A stretch of 64,000 bases of DNA from Trichinella spiralis. Its lineage: Eukaryota. The DNA is taken from assembly GCF_000181795.1 (NCBI RefSeq), contig NW_003526941.1:3188178-3252177 (forward strand), read 5' to 3'. The translations under genes were made by a program, and so were the position numbers. Below the pieces are notes generated by a model that did no database searches, had not been told where the DNA came from, and worked only from the letters and a program-made list of their open reading frames with translations. The stretch's first letter is position 1; each line of letters begins with the position of its first letter. Shown piece by piece: positions 1-12,700 of the stretch.

Positions 1-979
1 TTGACAAAGTACACATTTAAAGCTCTTTGCATACGCTGGATTTCATTATGATGACTATCGAAAATAGAATGAAACAGTGACAATGTTGGTATCATTGAGA
101 TGCTCAATGAATAATTAAGATGATGAACGGCAAAGAATTCTATGAAATGATTGTTTTTTTGATGATACTAAACGTACCGAAGGTATACGATAGACCATCA
201 GGTATTAATAAATAATGGCAGCCATAGGTTGAGAAATTCCTTTCTACGGGCCGATTAAATGAGATAGATCAGTGAGAAATTAATAAATTTAAGATTTTAT
301 GCACATCGCATACCGTATTGAAACAACTGTTTTCAATTTATTCAAAATGGACAGAAAATGAAGGAAAATCGAGTTTCCCAAAACAACGAAATATTGAACA
401 ACAGAACGCAATGTGAACGAATACCTCATTATAATGGTGAAAATGTTTCCTGTACCAAAATTCAACCCCCCTGGATTCGTATCAGGGGAGTTCCAGTAGT
501 GCAGCTTCCCTGTGTATTAAGATAGGCGCATGCAAACTTTAGAGGCCATTTATTCGACACGTACGCGTTTATGTGACGTAAAACTTTCCAGAACCTATTA
601 ATTTATCAGAATTTAGCCATATATAACAAAAAAGCGAAATTTGTGTCAAAAGCCTACTTTCGAAAATCGCAAAAACAGCAAGGGCTATAGCCTTGCTTTT
701 TTGAAAGTCGAAAATTTTAAGTTGTCGAGAAAATGATTTAAATCGATCAGAAAAAATTAGAAAATCACTACAAACCTGGTCTCGCGTTTCATGAATGCGC
801 ATTTGTCGAGATATTGGCAATAATGTTGAGTTTTGATGTGATTTTAGTGGGGACAACATATCTGGAATCGGAAACCGCGCACTTGATAATACATCCTCTA
901 ATTGCATTTGTTTATCATTAATATAGAAATTTTTACTAATTTCCCGAGCAAATGTTGCTGATTCTATTAGCATTCGTAC
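1..979 (-). CDS. Possible fragments of an uncharacterised multi-exon gene running off the left edge
   Basis: A 134-aa ORF (569..973) follows a CAG acceptor near 980. Further open segments with GT/AG flanks lie at about 178-243 and 1-139 (open to the window edge). No recognisable domain and the exon chain is not resolved. Confidence 0.25.
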
Positions 980-1482
980 CTGCGTTTCATTTTTGTAATA
1001 CAGAAATTTTCAAAATTCATTTTTCCCGTTAGGCAATTTTCATAATTGTTCTTTTTTGCAATTACAGTAATGCCAAAAATGTTTTGTATTACAATTTTCA
1101 TGCAATGTTACATTTTTTGTCTCTCTAAAGTGCAAATGTGTGAACAAGTTATTTTATCAAAATTATTGTTAATTCATTGATGGCGTATCATTGATAATTT
1201 TATCTGCTAATTCTTTTCCATCGGAGATTGCACCCGTGAAAAAAAATTTAATAATTCGTTACATATTTTCAGATCCATGCGATTAGTTGTGCTGAAATTG
1301 TGTTCAGATTTCTCGCAGAAAGTGTATAACTGTCTAGCATGAGTTCATTAATTTGTTATATAATTTTAATGTACTATATTTTCTCCATTTGTAATTAATG
1401 AATTTGACAAAATACGTCATTTGAAGCTCATTTGGAGATCATAATTTTATTAGAGTGAAGTAAGTGGAAATGAGATCAAAGG

Positions 1483-1615
1483 ATATAATACAATATAATA
1501 TAATGTAATATAATATAATATAATATAATATAATATAATATAATATAATATAATATAATATAATATAATATAATATAATATAATATAATATAATATAATG
1601 TAATGTAATATAATA
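1483..1615. repeat. (TAATA)n pentanucleotide microsatellite, about 26 units
   Basis: Directly visible tandem TAATA units with a few TAATG variants; explains the YYIIL-repeat ORFs. Confidence 0.97.
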
Positions 1616-4600
1616 CAGAGGAATATAAAATTTCCAAAACAATTTTTTCCAAAAATGTTTGCACGAATCAAAGACGTTTTGAAAAGATGCCAAAAGTTGT
1701 CATCGTTGTTCTTACAAAATTATTTCTGCAGATATTGTTAATTAGAACCCCACTTCAATGAGATTTCAACATGAACCATTTGTGATAAAATAAAATAAAC
1801 AACTTTATTAAATATGCATGGAACATCGTCGATTATTAATGAGATTTTTATATGAAAACTTATTATACGAAAATTTTTAATCTTTTACGCAGAAAAAATT
1901 TGCGCATTCTAATAACAATTATTCTTGGTTTTCGCTACAGCAACCTTCAGCTTAATAAGGTTTTATTTCATTTTCAATTTCAATTAAAAACAACAGTTTG
2001 GCAATAAGTCTCATTCATAGTGACGAGTTCTGTTCACAAATTTAGCACAATATTGCATTTGTTTCTTCTATAAATCACATTTCTGCTAAAATAGAAATTT
2101 AGCAAATCTCCCAGCAACCAAAGTAAAAAATGTCAATACATGCAAATTGCTATCGGAGCAAGGACTGAAAATGATCTGAAGTTTAGTTAAAAAAACTGAA
2201 ATATGGTATCCTACAATAAGCATATTATTAATGCCTTACAACTATACCGTACTTGCATAGAACGTGAGGTCAATTATAAAAGACGACTTACCTTGTCGAA
2301 GATTATACTGATAACTAAAATTGAACGCGCTGTTTTACTGATGATCCTCGCAGTGTTATATTGAATAACCGACCATGAAAAGAAAATTCTACAACATTGT
2401 AGAAGAGTAAGTGAATTATACAAATAGCATATCATATTGCCTTTGGTGGAATAACTAAGATTTCACTTTGTAAGAGCAAAATGACCTACGTGTATGATAG
2501 AAAACTCAGAACAAGCAAGAATTTAATTATTCCTAACCGTTTCTGAAATACCAGTCCATTATTTTACCGCCACTGGCGGTGCATTTTTAAAAAGATTCAA
2601 ACAAATCCTATATAATAATGCATTAAATATAAATTGTTAATTTAATTATTTGAATGCGAATTCAGCATTCCCACCAGTAATTGCTGCACTAAAAACCAAT
2701 ATTCATCAACAGCAATAAAGCTTTGTACAAAACAAAAATAATGCAAATAGCAACATATTTCTTCTCAATGAATATCTAAAAGAATGCTCAATATTACAAT
2801 GAGAATTTTATAACACGAAATAATTGCTTTTTAAACGAAGTGAACACCTTCAATGCATACGTTATGACGCAGGCATTAATGAATATTAACGGTAATTCTG
2901 TTATAAATTTAATGACCGTTATCATAGACAAAATAACGCCTCAATTCAGAATGAGTGAACATATTATTTTATTGGCATTACAGTCAATACCGAAGCAATT
3001 TTCTTGGAAACATAATAGCTAGAAATAAAAGAAATTGCATTTCCCCAAACCAGAAAATATTGCAAAAGTGCATGCAGTTTGAACGTATAGTACATTTTAT
3101 TGTTAAACATTCTTTGATTCCATTAAATCACGCATCATGGTTATCTTCCAAGAAAGATCCCAACCAATAGCTTCCTTCTGTATAAAGACAAGCTATAAAG
3201 GACATTTATTCCAAAACTACTGAATGATTCGCGCTGAAAGTTTGTACCGCATGCTGAAATTGACTAATTTATCGATTAAAACAACAAAGCATGACTTTTT
3301 GAAAAGAAATCTTCGACGAAAATAAAGGCAACAGCTACAAAATTTTGAAACAAATATCTATTCATATCTGTTTTGAAATTTGAAAAATGAATAATAAAAT
3401 GGAAGCATTTTAAATAAACTGTCTTTTATAAAAATATATTAAAATGAAAATGAAACAAACAATATGAAAAATTAATAATTTTCTATAGTAACAAACTGAA
3501 TACTATAATTATTAATGACAAAAATGCTTAGGAGTGAAGCAATCAACTAGGCATTTATGCCGTTACGTCTAAGGTGAATTCCAAAAGAGAATGTCTGTTA
3601 TTCGACACTGTCTCTATACTTCGTCAAATAATAGCTACTTCTCCTTTCGAATTTCAGATTAAAAAAAAATTGACCATGTAGTCCTACTGCAATTGAAATC
3701 GTTTAACCAAAAAAACGTTCCGAAAACTAAACTATTTGAAACAAGGAATAATGAATGCATTCGTGTTTTTGCTTTTTTAAGGAATAAATTTTCAAATGAT
3801 AATACATTGATTATTAATTGATAATGTACGTAATTAATTACAATAACTGACTCGAACTCACTGAGATCGCACAGAATTCAGACACAGAAATCAGAATGCA
3901 ATAACTGTATACAGCATTACCTCTTTTTGCACGTTGTTCGAATTCTGTCGCATTCCAAATGAAATCTTCATTTTCTGAAATTTTTACATTTAATTTTTGA
4001 AAACTTTATTGACTATTCATTGAATACACGAGAAGAAATGTTCCTTTATAGACCAGAAAAGAACACAATTTTATTCAGCCACAATAACTGTAAGTGACAA
4101 AAAATGCAATAATTTTTCTGCAAACAAAACATTATTTTTCCATAATTGGCAGCTTAATGTGCAACAATTATATCTGTGACTCGAAAGTAAATGTACTACA
4201 GTAACCTAAGAATTTCAAGTAATTAGTTCAGTTCGGCTGGTTTATAAATTTACTTAATTCAAATTATTAATTATACTTTAATTTGATCATTGGTTTATTA
4301 ATTTTCAATCTTATTTAATGTATTACATTTTATACATCGTAAATACTTATTTTTCGATTTATGAAATTTACCATCCTAATTATTATGCAACATGTAATAT
4401 TTTTACTTCCTTGTTTTTAATTTTCCGAAATGATTTTATTTCAGTATTCAATTGAGCGATTAAGTTAATTTTTTAATAAAATAAAATGTACATTGAGTTA
4501 GAAAACATTCGACTGTAGATTAAATTAAATTTTATTTTAAATTGTCCAGAGGATAAGGAAAGCTAGCTGACTAATTTAATTCGGTAATTGAAAAACGTAT

Positions 4601-5617
4601 TGTGTTTCACAAAACTAATTTATGCCAAACTACTATTATTAAACTGCATATTTATTTGTTTTCTTAAAGGAAATTTTTTCCGAAACATTTTCATTAATAC
4701 AAAATAGCATTTGTTGATTCGATTAATTGAACTGGTTGGTATATGTGGTGAAAACATTTTATTTTTGAAATTTATAAAATTATCTGTAAGAATTTAAGTA
4801 AATTTTGAAACTGTAATATAATTGCAAATGAATTATCATTTTATGTGTATTAATTATTTATGTGTGTTAAGCGCCCGCTGTTTGATTTGGGCAATTTTAC
4901 ACTGGTGTCCATCATCTGCACAGGAAAATGCAACATGCTTTATTTACGCTTTTCTTCAATGTGCATTAAATTGCAATTGATCTATCTGCCTTTGTGATGA
5001 AGCACGTTGAAGTCGATAAGAAAATATACATACAAACATATAAATAGGCTGAACTTCTCAGTTGGATATAATGTAAAAATTTCATGTTACTTATTTTTCC
5101 ACAGAGCTGTTAGAGAGTTAAACGGAAAATTGTTTCTGCAGTTAGTAACAAACAGAGTAGAGCTTTTTAGTTCATCCAGTTCTTTGTCAACAATTCGAAT
5201 ACTGGAGCAAGGCATTGCTGCTGCTTGGAAAAGATCGATTCTTCATCGCAACGAAGCTTTTCCATCGCCAGCCGGGAAGCTCGAACGCCTTCCGTAGCCA
5301 ACGGAGCATTTATCGATTGATTAATGAACAGATAAAGCCCAGTTGGACAGCATGAAAATTTTCTGCTTCAGCAATACACACACATTCAAGTAGAATCATT
5401 TCTCTGAAACCACCTAAACTTGCAAAAGGTGAGTGAGTAGCACACGCAAGTTAACTGCCATAATCAACAACGACAGCTGTTTACTAAAACGTATGTGCAT
5501 GTGATGATGTATTTGCATGTGCAATAATAATTTGTGAAATTTTCACTTTTCAAAAATATATGAAAATCGTTTAGCCGTTTAATATCAGAGAGGAAGGGAA
5601 GAGAGAAAAAGAAGAAA

Positions 5618-6553
5618 ATGCCAACAGGACAACCGTCTGTATCCATTTTTCTAGATCAAAATGAATCAACAATCAAAGCTGGTGACACTATTACTGGCAC
5701 GTTGCAACTGAAATACAATTCAGATGAAATGGAAGTTACAGATATACAAGTCAATGTTTACGGTGAAGCAAAAGCCAGCTGGGTGAGTAAAATTTCGGAC
5801 AAAATTTTCGATTCGAGTCAAACGCTGATTGACCAGTGTGACGAAAATACAAAATGTCCGCACAGTGCAGAAGACTATCAGAATTCATTTCACTTTCACA
5901 TACCGGTCGATATGCCGGCTTCGGTCGAATCGAAATACGGTTACATTCGTTATGAAATCAACGTCAGCGGTACGGTAATTGTCAAGCAGGTGGACGGATG
6001 TTTCGCCGGTGCAGTGGCAGTAGGACCGATGCGGATGAAATTTGCCGAGAAAAAGATCACAATTCTTGGACGAGTTAGCAAGAGCAACCTTTGCACTTTG
6101 CCACCTCTGTTCAGCGAAACTGAAGACGTTTTCGAAGAATTGGTCTGCTGTTTCGGTCAAAGCAGTGTAAAAATGCTGCTGCAAATACCAACGTGGATCA
6201 TGACCGCAGGTGACGAAGTGCCAGTTCACGTTCGACTAGCCAACAGCAGCAATCGTCAGCTGAAATGGTTCTCACTTTTGCTTATTCAAGAATTGCACTT
6301 CAGTGCTCAAAGCCGTTATGAAGCTGTTGCCGACAGACGACAAACATCCTGCAGCGTTTGCACTGTCAACCTCCCAGATGTTGCTCCACACGAACCATTT
6401 GATGAAAATATCATTTTGAACATACCGGCAAACATATTGCCGAGCACTTTTCGCCCATGTGTAGTGATGGTCAAGTATAAATTATTTCTTCGCATCCGAG
6501 GGTCCGTTTTTCACGAAATAAGTCTTCCAATTTATTTAGCTTCGAAAATTTGA
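5618..6553 (+). CDS. Alpha-arrestin (arrestin domain-containing protein), 311 aa, single coding exon
   Basis: Arrestin_N motifs (AGDTITGTL, GEAKASW, FHFHIPVDMPASVESKYGYIRYEI) and Arrestin_C motifs (AGDEVPVHVRLANSS, LNIPANILPST, VKYKL). Confidence 0.9.
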   Translation: MPTGQPSVSIFLDQNESTIKAGDTITGTLQLKYNSDEMEVTDIQVNVYGEAKASWVSKISDKIFDSSQTLIDQCDENTKCPHSAEDYQNSFHFHIPVDMPASVESKYGYIRYEINVSGTVIVKQVDGCFAGAVAVGPMRMKFAEKKITILGRVSKSNLCTLPPLFSETEDVFEELVCCFGQSSVKMLLQIPTWIMTAGDEVPVHVRLANSSNRQLKWFSLLLIQELHFSAQSRYEAVADRRQTSCSVCTVNLPDVAPHEPFDENIILNIPANILPSTFRPCVVMVKYKLFLRIRGSVFHEISLPIYLASKI

Positions 6554-7739
6554 AGCGAAACTTTTCACCATTTATTCGACAATAAAAATAAAGTTGTTCC
6601 ACTTAGAATATACTTGTAATACATTGCGTTTACATTTGAAATTTATTGACGACTGAATTCGTTGAAATTGAAATGAAAATATCAAAAACAAATTCAAAAA
6701 CTCTCTCCTCAATAAATAAATAAATAAATAAATATTCGTATGCTTTTTCCATATCATATTAAAAATGAAAAACTCACCAAAACTAACGTATAAATACAAA
6801 TTATTTACTTTAATTACTAGTGGGGGTAATTTATCACCGCGGGTAGGTTTCGTTCAAGAAAAAATTTATCAAATGATTACAGTATCATACAATAATTATA
6901 TGACAGTTAAGTATAAATTGCGTTGAAGATGTTCATCGAATTGACAGTGAAAATGTTCAGAAATTTGCTGACATTGCAATTCTTTTATTTAAGAAATGTC
7001 ATCAGTGATGACATTTGATTAAAAATATATTGCACAGAATTTCCAGTTTTGCCCTCTAAATAGTTCAGTGCAGTGAAACAAATGAAACCTGCTGAAAATG
7101 GAAGAATGTTTCGTTACGCAGAAGATTTTTAAAAAAAAATGCCAAAAGCACCCTTCGCAGCTATTCTTAATCATAAATTTAAATTTTTATACACCTTCAT
7201 GCAAAAGTGTTGGTATCATTATCCGCTGTGACAAATAAACGCCAAGAAAGCAAATAGTACAAATTAGATACACTGCTTACTTGAATAAATCGAATAAGAT
7301 TTAAGAGAACTTCCTCTTTTTAAATAAACAAATAAATAAATAAAGTTACAAAATTATAAAATTGTAAAAACTGGAAATGGAAACTTTTCAGCTGACCGGC
7401 AAAGAGGTCACAAGCAGAGAGAGACCTGCAAAATACTGCCAGCAACCTTAACAAGGCAACTGGTTTATGCAGTTGGAAACAACAATTTGCCAAAGGGTCA
7501 GTGAGCATACGGATGATACTACGACAAACCAACTCGCATTGACAAAAGAAGCTGAACAACAACAACAACAAGAAGAATCGTCACCTTAAAATATAGCTGG
7601 CAATTCTTCCCGGTTTATTAATATTTTCTGAACCAAAACAAAAAGCCACATTAACAAACCACCCTTTTGAGCTGCTTTTGCTTATAGTTGGTCGAGAATC
7701 AAAAGGTCGGTATTCGTTTAAATTGATGATAATAATAAA

Positions 7740-8696
7740 ATGGCCGGGCTAGCGAAGAAAGTTCTATTCTCGTTCAACGGCTTGAGAATTACTTCGTCAA
7801 GACGCAGTCTGTTCGTCACGTTCTTAGTTATAATATGCATTTTAACATTGCCATTTTTGTACATTTTGAACATCACCCTGTACAGCGAATCGTACAAAGG
7901 TATGATTCAGTTGGACGACGACTTCATTGCCGATTACGATAGCCAAGATCCGCGCCTAATTGACCACATCCGCAAACATTACTTGATACCGCCCGCTGAT
8001 CGTTCTGAACCTTACAATTTGAACGAGCCTGACCGAGTCCACTATTCGCAGAAGAAGCAGTCGATGGTCATTGACGAACTGTTGCACAACAAGCGAAACG
8101 GTTTCTTCATTGAAGCAGGCGCTTACGACGGAGAGACATATTCGAACAGTTTGTACTTTGAAAAATACCTCAACTGGACCGGCCTGCTTGTTGAACCGGA
8201 CTATGCGAATTTGAAACGACTGATGCGCAAAAAAAGAAAAGCCTGGGTATTGAAAGGCTGTCTGGAGGGTTCCAGTCGACCCAAAAAACTACATCTGTAC
8301 GCGGCAATGGAAGTGGGTGTGCTCGAAGAATACATGACCTTCGCCCGACGATTGTTCACGAGAATGTGGCGCCCGACCCAAGTGATCGAAGTCTGGTGCT
8401 TTCCGCTTCTTTCTGTCATGACCGCCATTAATCAAATGCACGCCGACTATTTCGTTTTGGACGTAGAAGGTGCTGAAATGTCCGTTCTCAAAGGATTACC
8501 ACTAGACAAACTGGACATCACTGTTATGCAAATTGAGTACAGCGTGTTCAGCGGAGCTTTCTGGGACCGAGAACAGTCGCGGAAACGACTGCACGAGATG
8601 CGTCAATTTATGAAAACCCACTTCCCTGAGTATACTGAATTCCGCACAATAGCTCTAGACATCATTTACGTCAAAGAAGGAACAGTTACATTCTGA
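7740..8696 (+). CDS. Star-like FkbM family (Methyltransf_21) SAM-dependent methyltransferase with N-terminal type II membrane anchor, 318 aa
   Basis: Hydrophobic LFVTFLVIICILTLPFLYIL after a short basic N-terminus; FkbM motifs FFIEAGAYDGETYSNS, WTGLLVEP and DYFVLDVEGAEMSVLKG. Confidence 0.88.
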   Translation: MAGLAKKVLFSFNGLRITSSRRSLFVTFLVIICILTLPFLYILNITLYSESYKGMIQLDDDFIADYDSQDPRLIDHIRKHYLIPPADRSEPYNLNEPDRVHYSQKKQSMVIDELLHNKRNGFFIEAGAYDGETYSNSLYFEKYLNWTGLLVEPDYANLKRLMRKKRKAWVLKGCLEGSSRPKKLHLYAAMEVGVLEEYMTFARRLFTRMWRPTQVIEVWCFPLLSVMTAINQMHADYFVLDVEGAEMSVLKGLPLDKLDITVMQIEYSVFSGAFWDREQSRKRLHEMRQFMKTHFPEYTEFRTIALDIIYVKEGTVTF

Positions 8697-9700
8697 ATTT
8701 ATAACTCGAACTATACGGTATCGTGCAAAAAATAAACAAAAAAACCTACTTACTTTTCGCTGTTTAACTGCTCACTCGTAAAAATTAACCATAATCCCTT
8801 ATCATTCCTAAACTGAACCATTCGTTTGTTCGGTTTTTTGGTATTCATTCCAGAGGTTGTGAATGCGTCGTGTTTTCTTCCTTTTAAAACATACAAAAAA
8901 ACACTTCAATTTCTGCGAAAAGAAATATTAAAATTGATTCATTTTTACCTTCAAACTATTCCAATTTCATACTTGACACCATTTACAAAAAGGATATATG
9001 CTTCTTTGAAGCAGTTTTCCAACCTTTTATCTCCACTTCAATAATTCTTGCAGTTGTTCAAATTTCATTATATCACGCAAAAATAAAATTTACAAATGCA
9101 ATATTTTTTTAAATGCTTAAAAAATATATCCATAAATGAAGAGAACCAAAATTACGATTCAATGCTGTTTAATGATGAAAATTCACAGCTACAATGCTTC
9201 AAACACGCAATCAATGAAGTTAGACGTAAAAATGTGATCATCGACAAATCACAATAAATTATCACAATACTGTTAATGATAAAGTAAAATTGCGGTGATA
9301 ACGCTGGTACAATAATGTAATGCTGAGATGCGAAGGCATTACACGTGCATTACAATACTAATCGTCCAGCTACGATCTGCCAGCTAAGCTAATAATCATG
9401 GGCTACAATTTGCGATATAAAATAATCATTTTTGTCTTTCAACGCCATGGCCAAAAAGTCTTGTTGAATTTACCAATTTCTTGCAAACGCATTTTTAAAA
9501 CTGCTAAATCAAATCAATTATAGCCGTATCAGTAAAGCAGTCAGCCATGAACTATAGTTTGCAAGCGGAGTCTTCAATTTCAAGCACTCATTTCAAGCAA
9601 AGACAAACTGTGTGTCGTTGCTGTGGTATTTTTTGCAGACGAAACTCTCGTTTCCGGAACAGCGAACAAATGCAAGATCGAATATTTCGTAAATTTTCGT

Positions 9701-12700
9701 TCAAAACCAACCATTACTGTTCATTTCTCTAGAATTTCCTGGAAATTCTTTCGTATTTGTCTGCTTCATTTGATAACCGATAAAAGACTTTTTCGATTCC
9801 AAAAATGTATCCGCATTGGTATGCGGCGACTGATTTGCATCTGAAACGTCTACAGCACTTACTAATATTGTAATGCACTTTAATCGCATTATTTCCTATG
9901 TCATGCCGTTTAATGTTCACTTTTACACACTGCTTCAACTAAACTTAGCCTTATCAACATGAATTTCCACAAAAAAAACTATTATAGCCGTTTGACAATA
10001 TATACAGTAACAAAAAACTGTAAAACAATCTGATATTCAAGTTCAACTTCTATTCTTACTTATTCTGTTCTTCAAATTACATATACATATATATGATAAA
10101 AATTAATTCAACATGAATTAAAAAATTATTCTTATTCATAACGTCAAGCTAGAAAAAACAGTATCTATTTTCGGACTAAACAACATTTTTTTATCATAAA
10201 AGTTGAATATCATCATGCATACTGTACAACAGAAAAGCTTTATTTTTAATCTACACATGCAAACATGGTATATCTAAGAAAAAGTAGAAAAATGATTTAC
10301 TTACCAGCATTATCTTCATACTGCATCCGCTGAGTCATGTTAAGGGTAAGCCTTTTCATACGCTCTTTTTCCTTTAATGCTGCGGCTTCACGATGTTTCC
10401 AATTCATCGCCAAATCCGATCCCTCTGGCACCTAATTAATGTCAATTTTAAAATAGAAAACTTATATTCAAATTATACAATGTACTTCTTACCTGGATTG
10501 TCTTCACAACGGACCTGTTGCTTTTGTTTTTGGTTAACAACAAAAATTTCACCTTTTGTTCACTAGTCATAGGATCTTCTGGCTCTTGAACGATTTCTTC
10601 AAAAATAAACAAACAATTTTAATGCAAGAAAACTTGCTTAAACTTGTCAAATTACCCGCATTAGCAATATTTATCTGATTGTTCTTGGTTATTTGTGACG
10701 GTGCCGTATCGAACTGCGGTATTTTTACCTGTTCATTAATACGCTGCTGTATCATATTGTTGACAAGTTTTTCATATTCCACATTAAAGCTGCTGTCGTT
10801 TAAAAATTCCTCATCACCCAGTGTACATTTGTTAAACTCTTCTAACATATCGTCATCATCATCTTCTTCTTCTTCCAATTCTTCATCTTCCTCCTCCATC
10901 TCTTCTTCTTCTTCTTCTTCTTCTTGTACTTCAAAATCATCCTCTTCTTCATCGAATTCTTCTTCTTCGGCAAAGTAATGATCATTCGCTTCAATAGTGC
11001 TGCTGTCTGAATCCTCTTCGTCATATTCTTCCCCATGTGATGTTTCACGTGCAACGTCAACATCCAATTCACCACTGTCAGGTAACTGTTCTTCCAACTC
11101 ATACATTTCGTGCATGGCTGAATCGTTACAGCTGTACCTCGTTTTCACTAGATGTTCCATTCGAGTCCGACAGTCAGCTTCCATAGCGCTGATCGCTTCG
11201 TTCGCCTCTTCCAATGTGCTGAAGATGACAAAACCATGTTTTCGCAATCCCTCAATCGTCTCCTTCAGCAACGCTTTCACTTTCAAAACCGCTGACTCAT
11301 CGTTTTTCCAACATTCCCTGCTAGCTTGACGCAAACAATACTGCTGCAAATATTTCAAATAACAAGTCATCTTCTGCGCCCCAACTCCACGGGAAAAATA
11401 CGAGCCACACAACTGCAACATTGCACAAGCTAACCGAATGCGAAACAGTCCTTCGACCGGCGTGGGCATATCCGCCCCCTCTACGCTTTCCACATTCAAC
11501 GTCAACAACAAATACAACGAACTGAAATATGCCGACGTGTTGATCAACTTATAATTGTACAGCTCGCCCATGTACATGCACAACGACATGCGCTGCTGTT
11601 GATTCAGCATAGAATCTGATTCAAGTGAACTTCGAAAAATTTCCAATACATTATCCGCTACCTGAATAATAATAAAAGTACTTGAATAATAACAAACATA
11701 CAAACTTACACGAACTCCGACGATGGGATAAAACTCTGCAATACCACACAGCACGCTTGCGATGCAGTTGAAATACTGTGCTCGCAATAGCCACGGTTCG
11801 CTGAAAATTCGAACTACATAATTTACAACATTCGCGTCGCTCCAGTCAATTTTTTGCATTTCCTTCAATACAAATTCCACTTCTTTCAGCACTGTTCTAT
11901 TGCTGACCAAATGCCAAATGTATTTAAACACGATTGGCACTTCAACCTAAATTAAAAAAAATAAGTCAACAGTAAAAAAAATCAAAGAGTAAAGCTTTAC
12001 CTGATCACAGGATTCAACAATAGGTTGAACCGATTCTGGATAACAAGTGTAATAGGCGTTCATGATCATTCCCTGATATCTGAAGTCGAGGTATAACGTC
12101 TCAGCACGACGCTTCATTTGTTCCAACAAAAATTTCATCTTCAGATGACTATCTGACGAGTGAAACAAATAATAACCAGAAGAATCAAGTATCGCACAAG
12201 CCATTTCAATGTTATGGTGACGGAAATCCATCAAAAGTAGCTTGAAGCATAACAATGCATCACTTTTTGGGAAAATGCCAAATTTGACCAACTCGCCAAT
12301 ATAACGACAAACTTTCACTTTCGATTCAATTTGCACTTGATCTTTTTTGCGGATGTGATGTCGAAACTGAGAAATCAGCAAATGGCAAATTTCATTTCGG
12401 ATATCTGGAAAAACGGGGTCCAAAATAGCAATCAAACGACTATAGAATGGCAACAGATCCAATCTAGATCGATGCACTTCGAAAAGGGTCTTAATTAAAC
12501 GTCTACGATTTGATTTTGTATTCAGATGAGTCGCATATTCAATGGCCGCTTGGTCGATCATATCGCGATTTATGAGCAGCGGCAATTTGGCAATGAACGA
12601 CTTCATCTGAAGAATTGACGAGCTCACGTTGCTCGAATCTTCGTGATCTTCTTCTGATTTTTCACCATTATTAACCGACTTGCAATTTTCACTTTTCACA

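Noticed and set aside
1439..1693. Three overlapping ORFs with YYIIL repeats
   Set aside because: Translations of the (TAATA)n microsatellite
5618..8696. Two adjacent single-coding-exon genes as a horizontally transferred or retroposed island
   Set aside because: Both families are widespread in invertebrates; no poly(A) remnant, target-site duplication or bacterial signal seen, and the arrestin gene has a likely 5'UTR intron
10679..11329. Ser-rich and Lys-rich ORFs
   Set aside because: Antisense or off-frame readings of the UPF2 acidic tract
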